Virus record (IMG/VR): IMGVR_UViG_2718217862_000002
DNA from: a virus
Taxonomy: Duplodnaviria > Heunggongvirae > Uroviricota > Caudoviricetes
Length of the DNA: 31,258 bases
Strand: one strand, 5' to 3'
Shown here: positions 17,922 to 25,483 of the stretch, one piece after another
Layout: every line of letters begins with the position of its first letter
Position numbering within the stretch: position 1 is the first letter of the stretch
The notes under the pieces: model-generated
Seen by the model: only the letters and a program-made list of their open reading frames with translations
What the model was told of the DNA's origin: nothing
The model's database searches: none
Translations under genes and position numbers: made by a program

Positions 17922-17979
17922 AGTTTTTCCTGAAATTAAGGGTTAATCGTGAAGGTTTTCCCGGACTGGCTGACGCCGG

Positions 17980-18834
17980 TCAGCAGTTCGTCATCAGGGC
18001 GTCACCGCCACCGCCGGTGGCCTTGCTGCGGCGCTGCTGGGTCAGACTTTCGGTGTTGTCGAGACTGTTTTTCAGGCGGCTGAATGCCTGACTGGTTTCA
18101 TCCGCCCTGTCAGTCACCTCCTGCTTAAGAGCGGAAAAGGCAGTTTCCATCTCAGCGAGGCGCTGCTCAGTGGCGCTCAGTTTTTCCTGCACATGTTCAG
18201 CGACAGCGGTCACCGCTTCATGCACGTCATTCAGACGGGCGTCATCGCTGGCCTGTTTGCGGCCAAAAATGGATTTCACCTTTTCGGTCAGAGCGGTGAA
18301 CACGGTTTCAGGCAGGTCTTCAAATTCCAGCTCAACGGGCGTTGCCACTGAAATCAGGTTTTCAGGGCTTAATTTGAAGCGGTTCAGGGGGTTGTGTTTT
18401 GCCGTGCGGCAGAATTCCAGGTATTCAGTACCGAGGCTTGCCGGGTCATCGGTGACGGCCAGCCCCACCAGATAACATTTGCCGGTGTTGGCAAAGTTCG
18501 GCTGAATTTCCATTGAGGTATAAACCTTCTGCGCGGCCTTGTTCATCGCGATAAGGTCATCGGTCGGGGTGATTTTCGCAAACAGCGCCCATTTGCCTTT
18601 CAGCGCCGAATCATCGTCAATCTTTTCGGCCTTCAGTTCGGCCACATCGCCATAACGCTTAAAAATACCGTCAGGCAGGATGCCGCGCAGATGTTCCAGG
18701 TTAATACGGCAACCATAGACACGCGGGTCAAAGGTTTCGGCCATTTCCTGAATATCCTGCGCACTGATGACACGCCCGTCACAGGTGTCACCCTCAACGC
18801 CGATACGAAAGAATTTTGAGACTTTTTTTGCCAT
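17980..18834 (-). CDS. O: Capsid scaffolding protein gpO, 284 aa
   Basis: Start at MAKKVSKFFRIG (ATG at 18834, AGGA upstream); size matches P2 gpO; divergent from P. Confidence 0.85.
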   Translation of the reverse strand: MAKKVSKFFRIGVEGDTCDGRVISAQDIQEMAETFDPRVYGCRINLEHLRGILPDGIFKRYGDVAELKAEKIDDDSALKGKWALFAKITPTDDLIAMNKAAQKVYTSMEIQPNFANTGKCYLVGLAVTDDPASLGTEYLEFCRTAKHNPLNRFKLSPENLISVATPVELEFEDLPETVFTALTEKVKSIFGRKQASDDARLNDVHEAVTAVAEHVQEKLSATEQRLAEMETAFSALKQEVTDRADETSQAFSRLKNSLDNTESLTQQRRSKATGGGGDALMTNC

Positions 18835-19007
18835 TGTCAGGAGTCCTGAATAGTGATTAGAGGAGTCACATGTCGGCATCAGTTTCCCGACGATGCGCAT
18901 CCTCCGCCATCAGTCCCGGATGGCTTATCACTGACACAACAGCACCTTAGCGAATCGCAGGGCGCGACTCAGTAGCCTTGCCGTGTATTCATCACGGCGA
19001 GGTATTC

Positions 19008-20780
19008 ATGACCATCACCACAGACACCACTCTTTTACACGACCCGCGTCGTCAGGCGGCGCTGCTGTACTGGCAGGGGTTTTCCGTGCCGCAGATTGCC
19101 GCCATGTTGCAGATGAAACGCCCGACGGTGCAGAGCTGGAAACAGCGCGACGGCTGGGACAGCGTTGCTCCCATCAGCCGTGTCGAAATGAGTCTGGAAG
19201 CGCGGCTGACCCAGCTCATCATCAAACCGCAGAAAACCGGCGGTGACTTCAAGGAAATTGATCTGCTGGGACGCCAGATTGAACGACTGGCACGGGTAAA
19301 CCGCTACAACCAGACCGGCAACGAGGCAGACCTTAATCCGAACATCGCTAACCGCAACAAAGGCGGGCGACGCAAACCGAAAAAGAATTTTTTCAGCGAC
19401 GAGGCTATCGAAAAGCTGGAGCAGATTTTCTTTGAGCAGTCTTTCGAATATCAGTTGCACTGGTATCGCGCCGGGCTTGAGCACCGCATCCGCGATATCC
19501 TGAAATCCCGCCAGATTGGCGCGACGTTTTATTTTTCCCGCGAGGCGCTGCTGCGCGCCCTGAAAACCGGTCATAACCAGATTTTTCTGTCGGCCAGTAA
19601 AACGCAGGCGTATGTGTTCCGCGAATACATCATCGCCTTTGCCCGTCTGGTTGACGTTGACCTGACCGGTGACCCGATTGTCCTGGGCAATAACGGCGCA
19701 AAACTGATTTTTCTCGGCACCAACTCCAACACCGCACAGAGCCATAACGGCGACCTGTACGTCGACGAGATTTTCTGGATCCCGAATTTTCAGGTACTGC
19801 GTAAGGTGGCATCAGGTATGGCCTCACAGAGTCACCTGCGTTCGACCTATTTCTCCACCCCGTCCACGCTGGCGCACGACGCCTACCCGTTCTGGTCAGG
19901 TGAACTGTTCAACCGGGGACGCGCCAGCGCCGCCGAACGCGTGGAAATCGACGTCAGTCATAACGCCCTTGCCGGTGGGCTTCTCTGTGCGGACGGCCAG
20001 TGGCGGCAGATTGTCACCATTGAGGACGCCCTGAAAGGTGGCTGCACGCTGTTCGACATTGAGCAGCTCAAACGTGAAAACAGCGCCGACGATTTTAAAA
20101 ACCTGTTCATGTGTGAATTTGTTGACGACAAGGCGCCGGTGTTCCCGTTCGAGGAGCTGCAACGCTGCATGGTCGACACGCTGGAAGAATGGGAAGACTA
20201 TGCGCCGTTTGCCGCGAATCCGTTCGGCTCCCGCCCGGTATGGATTGGTTACGACCCGTCACACCGTGGCGACAGCGCCGGATGCGTGGTGCTGGCACCG
20301 CCGGTGGTGGCCGGTGGCAAATTCAGAATACTTGAGCGTCACCAGTGGAAAGGCATGGACTTTGCCACTCAGGCGGAATCCATCCGCAAACTCACCGAAA
20401 AATACAACGTCGAATACATCGGTATTGATGCCACCGGCCTCGGTGTCGGCGTGTTCCAGCTCGTGCGCTCGTTCTATCCCGCCGCGCGCGATATCCGCTA
20501 CACGCCGGAAATGAAAACCGCAATGGTGCTCAAGGCAAAAGACGTTATCCGTCGTGGCTGTCTGGAATATGACGTCAGCGCCACCGACATCACCAGCTCG
20601 TTTATGGCTATCCGCAAGACCATGACCAGCAGCGGACGCAGCGCCACCTATGAGGCCAGCCGCAGCGAGGAAGCCAGCCACGCCGACCTCGCCTGGGCGA
20701 CCATGCACGCCCTGTTAAATGAGCCACTCACCGCCGGTATCAGCACTCCGCTGACATCCACCATTCTGGAGTTTTACTGA
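19008..20780 (+). CDS. P: Terminase large (ATPase) subunit gpP, 590 aa
   Basis: Start at MTITTDTTLLHDPRRQAALLYWQGFSVPQIA (ATG 19008, GAGG six nt upstream); size matches P2 gpP. Confidence 0.9.
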   Translation: MTITTDTTLLHDPRRQAALLYWQGFSVPQIAAMLQMKRPTVQSWKQRDGWDSVAPISRVEMSLEARLTQLIIKPQKTGGDFKEIDLLGRQIERLARVNRYNQTGNEADLNPNIANRNKGGRRKPKKNFFSDEAIEKLEQIFFEQSFEYQLHWYRAGLEHRIRDILKSRQIGATFYFSREALLRALKTGHNQIFLSASKTQAYVFREYIIAFARLVDVDLTGDPIVLGNNGAKLIFLGTNSNTAQSHNGDLYVDEIFWIPNFQVLRKVASGMASQSHLRSTYFSTPSTLAHDAYPFWSGELFNRGRASAAERVEIDVSHNALAGGLLCADGQWRQIVTIEDALKGGCTLFDIEQLKRENSADDFKNLFMCEFVDDKAPVFPFEELQRCMVDTLEEWEDYAPFAANPFGSRPVWIGYDPSHRGDSAGCVVLAPPVVAGGKFRILERHQWKGMDFATQAESIRKLTEKYNVEYIGIDATGLGVGVFQLVRSFYPAARDIRYTPEMKTAMVLKAKDVIRRGCLEYDVSATDITSSFMAIRKTMTSSGRSATYEASRSEEASHADLAWATMHALLNEPLTAGISTPLTSTILEFY

Positions 20781-21814
20781 TGAGCAAGAAAAAAGGGAAA
20801 ACACCGCGACCAGCGGCAAAAAAAATGACCGCCAGCGCTCCGAAAATGGAGGCATTCACCTTTGGCGAGCCGGTGCCGGTACTCGACCGCCGTGACATTC
20901 TGGATTATGTCGAGTGCATCAGTAACGGCAGATGGTATGAGCCACCGGTCAGCTTTACCGGTCTGGCAAAAAGCCTGCGTGCTGCCGTGCATCACAGCTC
21001 CCCGATTTACGTCAAACGCAATATTCTGGCCTCGACATTTATCCCGCATCCGTGGCTTTCCCAGCAGGATTTCAGCCGCTTTGTGCTGGATTTTCTGGTG
21101 TTCGGTAATGCGTTTCTGGAAAAGCGTTACAGCACTACCGGTAAGGTCATCAGACTGGAAACCTCACCGGCAAAATATACCCGCCGTGGCGTGGAAGAGG
21201 ATGTTTACTGGTGGGTGCCGTCCTTCAACGAGCCGACAGCCTTCGCGCCCGGCTCCGTGTTTCACCTGCTGGAGCCGGATATTAATCAGGAGCTGTACGG
21301 CCTGCCGGAATATCTCAGCGCCCTTAACTCTGCCTGGCTGAATGAGTCGGCCACGTTGTTCCGCCGCAAGTATTACGAAAATGGCGCACATGCCGGATAC
21401 ATCATGTACGTCACCGATGCCGTGCAGGATCGCAACGATATCGAAATGCTTCGCGAAAACATGGTCAAGTCGAAAGGCCGCAACAACTTTAAAAACCTGT
21501 TTCTCTATGCCCCACAGGGGAAAGCCGACGGCATTAAAATTATCCCCCTCAGTGAAGTGGCGACGAAGGACGATTTTTTTAATATCAAAAAAGCCAGCGC
21601 CGCTGACCTGCTGGACGCGCACCGCATCCCCTTTCAGTTGATGGGTGGCAAGCCGGAGAACGTCGGGTCGCTGGGTGATATTGAGAAAGTGGCAAAGGTC
21701 TTTGTCCGCAATGAGCTTATCCCGTTACAGGACAGGATCCGCGAGATAAACGGCTGGCTCGGTCAGGAGGTCATCCGCTTTAAAAACTACTCACTGGACA
21801 CTGACAACGACTGA
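20780..21814 (+). CDS. Q: Portal protein gpQ, 344 aa
   Basis: Size identical to P2 gpQ; start overlaps the P stop; last gene before cos. Confidence 0.9.
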   Translation: MSKKKGKTPRPAAKKMTASAPKMEAFTFGEPVPVLDRRDILDYVECISNGRWYEPPVSFTGLAKSLRAAVHHSSPIYVKRNILASTFIPHPWLSQQDFSRFVLDFLVFGNAFLEKRYSTTGKVIRLETSPAKYTRRGVEEDVYWWVPSFNEPTAFAPGSVFHLLEPDINQELYGLPEYLSALNSAWLNESATLFRRKYYENGAHAGYIMYVTDAVQDRNDIEMLRENMVKSKGRNNFKNLFLYAPQGKADGIKIIPLSEVATKDDFFNIKKASAADLLDAHRIPFQLMGGKPENVGSLGDIEKVAKVFVRNELIPLQDRIREINGWLGQEVIRFKNYSLDTDND

Positions 21815-21819
21815 ACATC

Positions 21820-21841
21820 GCCGCCTGCGGGCGGCTTTTTT
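21820..21841 (+). terminator. Rho-independent terminator after Q (GCCGCC-TGCG-GGCGGC followed by T6)
   Basis: Perfect 6-bp GC stem with 4-nt loop and T-run beginning 6 nt after the Q stop codon. Confidence 0.55.
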
Positions 21842-21984
21842 ACACCCCGTCATCCCCCCCCCTCACACGCTCACCACCGCACAAAACACCCCGCAGACAC
21901 ACAACGCCTCAACGGGCAGACTAAGTGCCGTCACGACGCGCTGAGACGCTGAAAAAATACAATCAGCACCACCGTCAGCGCGCA

Positions 21985-22003
21985 GTGCTTTCCCCGCCTC
22001 GCC
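21985..22003. other. P2-type cos cohesive-end sequence (reverse complement of GGCGAGGCGGGGAAAGCAC)
   Basis: Plus strand reads GTGCTTTCCCCGCCTCGCC at 21985..22003, which is the exact reverse complement of the 19-nt P2 cohesive end as I recall it; located just beyond Q as in P2. Confidence 0.6.
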
Positions 22004-22229
22004 CGCCCGCTTCATGGGGCGGTTTTAATGCAGTTGCATGAGTACGTTGGAACCGCACTGGTGCTGACGATACCCAATCAAACCTTGCTGTATAATTACT
22101 TGCGAATTCACGCACATCAACGCGAATCTTACATCATGAATAATTCATTTATGGCTACAGAATGAGTATATTGCATGTTATGAAATAACTTTGTGCTCCT
22201 TCTCGTGGACATGTTCAACGGAGATCCAG

Positions 22230-23351
22230 ATGATTGCTGATTCAGAAATACTTTATGTTCCGCTAGATGATTTGGAACTTGACACAGAAAACCCAAGACT
22301 TCCTGAAGGCGTGTCTCGTGACCAATTGGGAATGATTAACTACATAGCAACCTCAACATCTATCGAAGACCTAATGAGTGCTATTGCGGAAAATGGTTTT
22401 TTCCCTGGAGAACCATTGATTGTCATTCCTGATAGTGGAGCGCCGGGGAAGTACATTGTAGTTGAAGGAAACCGTCGCCTATCCGCGGTCAAATTATTAC
22501 GCGATCCGACACTATGTGAAAATCCAAGTGCTCGACTACGAGAAATTGCATCAAATGCAAAACATACGGTCGATCGTGTTCCTGTCATTGAGCGCCAAAC
22601 AAGAGAAGAGATTCTTCCGTACCTTGGTTTCAGACATATTACTGGTGTCAAACAATGGGAACCCTTATCAAAAGCTCGATATATTAAACAGCTTTTTGAT
22701 TATACCAATGCAAATCTGGATCCAATGCTACGCTACTATGAGGTTGCCAGAGCTATTGGCAGTCGTAGGGATCATATCAAGCGTAACCTAGACGCTTTAG
22801 CGGTGTATGAAATCATTAAAAAAAATGATTTTTATGGTATTGAAAAGCTAGATGAAGAAACGATTAAATTTTCAGTATTATCAACAGCACTTGCTGATGA
22901 GCGGTTAGGCCAGTTTGTCGGAGTTTCAATCGAAGACGATGGAGACACAATACCAAGTCATCCTATCATCAATTCTAAGAGTTTAAAGAACAAAGAAATA
23001 AAAGAACTAACTGAATGGTTATATAAAAAAGGCGAGGATAAAAAAACTCGTGTAGGAGAATCACGTAATTTAAGAGAACTAGCTGCTGTTGTAAGTAGCC
23101 CTAAGGCATTGGAGCAATTCCGAATGGGGGCTCCACTCGCAGTTGCCTATCAATTGACATCTGATATTACTAAGGACTTTCTCCAGTTACTTTATCAAGT
23201 TGAAGCAGCTTTGATAGATGCAGCAGGCATGGTTGCCACGGTAGAGTATGATAGACAGGCCCATGAAGTAGCACGAAGAATCAATAAACATATTAAGCTT
23301 ATAGGTTCTGAAATAGCAGAGAAAAATAGCAGAGGTGATGATGACTTTTGA
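22230..23351 (+). CDS. ParB/Srx-like (ParB N-terminal nuclease/NTPase-fold) domain protein, about 373 aa; cargo gene 1
   Basis: N-terminal region ILYVPLDDLELDTENPRL ... LMSAIAENGFFPGEPLIVIP ... KYIVVEGNRRLSAVKLL follows the ParB-box pattern (NPR motif, then the G-x-R-R arginine motif). ATG at 22230 preceded by GGAG; the ORF-track start at 22191 is a TTG. AT-rich codon usage unlike the phage backbone. Confidence 0.7.
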   Translation: MIADSEILYVPLDDLELDTENPRLPEGVSRDQLGMINYIATSTSIEDLMSAIAENGFFPGEPLIVIPDSGAPGKYIVVEGNRRLSAVKLLRDPTLCENPSARLREIASNAKHTVDRVPVIERQTREEILPYLGFRHITGVKQWEPLSKARYIKQLFDYTNANLDPMLRYYEVARAIGSRRDHIKRNLDALAVYEIIKKNDFYGIEKLDEETIKFSVLSTALADERLGQFVGVSIEDDGDTIPSHPIINSKSLKNKEIKELTEWLYKKGEDKKTRVGESRNLRELAAVVSSPKALEQFRMGAPLAVAYQLTSDITKDFLQLLYQVEAALIDAAGMVATVEYDRQAHEVARRINKHIKLIGSEIAEKNSRGDDDF

Positions 23352-24330
23352 AGTAGGAGTTATGCATCCCAACTCTCCTCATTTGTTTGCAGATTTAGCC
23401 GAGTTACTCACGGTAATTAATTATACCGGACGTAACTCACTACATAAAAATGATTTAGATTCAGTAAGAAAATTCGGCATAACAAGCGTTGAAGAAATTG
23501 ATGAAGAATGTAATTCTGAAGAAGAAATTAATGGAGACGCTGAGAGAAATGATCGTTTTGAAGAGCAACTCGAAGATGTTTGGACACAACTCGAATATAG
23601 AGAAAGTGCTCTTGGCAAAATATATCCATTTATAATTTCAGGTGATGAGATAATTATTAAAGAAAATCTAAACCAACAACAACGAATATATGTTTTTCTT
23701 CTTTGCTGCTCTAGACTTAGATCCTTTAAGTCGATTAAAGGAGCAGCACAACGTTGGGCAAAGAGCTTTGCCAGAGTATGTAAAGTAGCAATGATTTCTC
23801 TCTTACCTGCACATGGCACCGTAAGAATTTTTGATGCTAACTCCGATGATAGGCAAAATTATTATGGAACAAATCTTCGGACAGCTCTACAAACTTTAGG
23901 AAAAGATCTTGGAGTTTGTAGTTTAAACACAAGGGAAATAAATAGAGCTCCCACATCTGGTGATGCCGGGTTTGACCTAATTGCTACAGTGGAATTTCCT
24001 GATGGTCAAACTAGCAACTATGGAATTCTTGGTCAATGTGGTGCACAAGAAACAGGGTGGCCAAGCAAAACATTAGAGGCTAACGTGTTAAAACTGACCA
24101 CCTATTTCCAAATTGCGTTCCAGCATCCATCAACAATGTTCACGCCTGTTTTCTATCGGGAAGCAAATGGCGAATGGGTAAGCACACACGCAACCGCTGG
24201 AGTATTATTATTAGATAGGTTGAGAATCATATATCTACTTGATAAGGCAAACCAATGGGAAGCGATAACTACCTCTGATTGGTTTCGCGAATTTGAGGAA
24301 GAGCTTTATACATTAAATCCAGAGCCTTAA
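23335..24330 (+). CDS. Hypothetical protein, 331 aa, no domain recognised; overlaps gene 1 by 17 nt; cargo gene 2
   Basis: Long ORF in the AT-rich island, start codons (ATGATGATG) overlapping the 3' end of gene 1; acidic stretch EEIDEECNSEEEINGDAERNDRFEEQLED near the N-terminus. Confidence 0.6.
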   Translation: MMMTFEVGVMHPNSPHLFADLAELLTVINYTGRNSLHKNDLDSVRKFGITSVEEIDEECNSEEEINGDAERNDRFEEQLEDVWTQLEYRESALGKIYPFIISGDEIIIKENLNQQQRIYVFLLCCSRLRSFKSIKGAAQRWAKSFARVCKVAMISLLPAHGTVRIFDANSDDRQNYYGTNLRTALQTLGKDLGVCSLNTREINRAPTSGDAGFDLIATVEFPDGQTSNYGILGQCGAQETGWPSKTLEANVLKLTTYFQIAFQHPSTMFTPVFYREANGEWVSTHATAGVLLLDRLRIIYLLDKANQWEAITTSDWFREFEEELYTLNPEP

Positions 24331-24337
24331 TAGCTTA

Positions 24338-25282
24338 TCAATCCCATAATTCTATTGGCAATGCCTTCGTTACAGCTTCAAAAAGCGGCGGAGGCACTGC
24401 ATTACCAACCACCGTGTATTTCATGCCAAGACTTGCAGCATTTGTTTCTGGAAACACTAGATCCTCAAACCCTTGTAATAGTGCAGCCTCTCGAAAACTG
24501 AATCTGCGAGCTCTCCGATCCTCAACAAATCTCCATTCATCAGTTCTTACTTTCTCCATCGGAGGACTGACAGGATGCAACGGCATATGCCTTGCATTAG
24601 CAACTATTGTCTTTGAAATTTGATCCCAATCCTGGCGACGATTGCGAGACATATAATACCAATGGAATCCCATATCATAAAATTCACCTTCTGGCCATTC
24701 AGGTAAATGCCCTATAGCATCTTTAATAGTAACATAGTTGACGCCAGTTGCTGGCCCATGAGTTGGCTGAGGGAACTCGTACTTAACTTTGAAATCATTA
24801 CGGATTCCTACGATAAATATTCTTTTTCTTTCCTGCGCTACTCCATATTCAGCCGCATTTAAAACTTTTGCGGAAACAGTATAACCTGCTTCAGTAAAAA
24901 CCCTGATCTGGTCAGATAACAAATGCTCAAAATTTTTTCTAACCATACCAGACACGTTTTCTACTATAAAAGCTTTAGGCTTTATATTGTTTAAAGCTCT
25001 AGCAAACTCTAAATAAAGAGTATTAATTTTTCGATCGGCTTTACGCGCACCACCCTGGCTGAATCCCTGACATGGATAACAACCTACCAGCAAATCAGAT
25101 TTAGGAAAAGTAGTTACATCAGCAATATTGCCTAATATGTAATCAGTTTCTGGATGATTGGCAATATAAACATCGCGCGCATACGGCAAGATATCGTTGG
25201 CCATAAGCACATCAAAGCCGGCTCTCAAAACCCCCGCATCGGAACCACCGCATCCAGAAAAAAGTGAAACTACTGTTGGCAT
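24338..25282 (-). CDS. DNA (cytosine-5)-methyltransferase, 314 aa; cargo gene 3
   Basis: Canonical m5C MTase motifs in order: FSGCGG (motif I, AdoMet binding), PCQGFS (motif IV, catalytic Cys), ENV (motif VI), QERKR (motif VIII). Convergent with gene 2, stops 8 bp apart. Confidence 0.9.
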   Translation of the reverse strand: MPTVVSLFSGCGGSDAGVLRAGFDVLMANDILPYARDVYIANHPETDYILGNIADVTTFPKSDLLVGCYPCQGFSQGGARKADRKINTLYLEFARALNNIKPKAFIVENVSGMVRKNFEHLLSDQIRVFTEAGYTVSAKVLNAAEYGVAQERKRIFIVGIRNDFKVKYEFPQPTHGPATGVNYVTIKDAIGHLPEWPEGEFYDMGFHWYYMSRNRRQDWDQISKTIVANARHMPLHPVSPPMEKVRTDEWRFVEDRRARRFSFREAALLQGFEDLVFPETNAASLGMKYTVVGNAVPPPLFEAVTKALPIELWD

Positions 25283-25401
25283 TATCCCCTCCTAAAACCG
25301 ACCGCGTATTATAGCGAAAGCCTCCGTATATAGAAGCAGGTTTTGAACAAGATTATGTTCTCACTTTTTAACAACTGTGGCCATAAAAAATTAGCTCAAT
25401 A

Positions 25402-25430
25402 TGAAAAACAGATTAATTCATTGTTTTTCA
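25402..25430. repeat. Perfect 9-bp inverted repeat TGAAAAACA-N11-TGTTTTTCA in the AT-rich spacer between the MTase start and the A stop
   Basis: Read directly from sequence at 25402-25410 and 25422-25430. Confidence 0.5.
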
Positions 25431-25483
25431 TAGAAAAATTCCACAAACACTATAACATTCCCACAACACTGCAGTAGTAGTCA

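Noticed and set aside
18835-19007. Canonical TGT-N12-ACA Ogr-binding dyad in the O-P divergent promoter region
   Set aside because: I searched this interval by eye and found no exact TGT-N12-ACA; only a partial TGTTGTGTC-like element. Not annotated as a feature.
19035-20708. Minus-strand ORFs (19035..19745, 19896..20162, 20259..20708) antisense to terminase large subunit P
   Set aside because: Shadow ORFs; P is a continuous 590-aa ORF with a good RBS.
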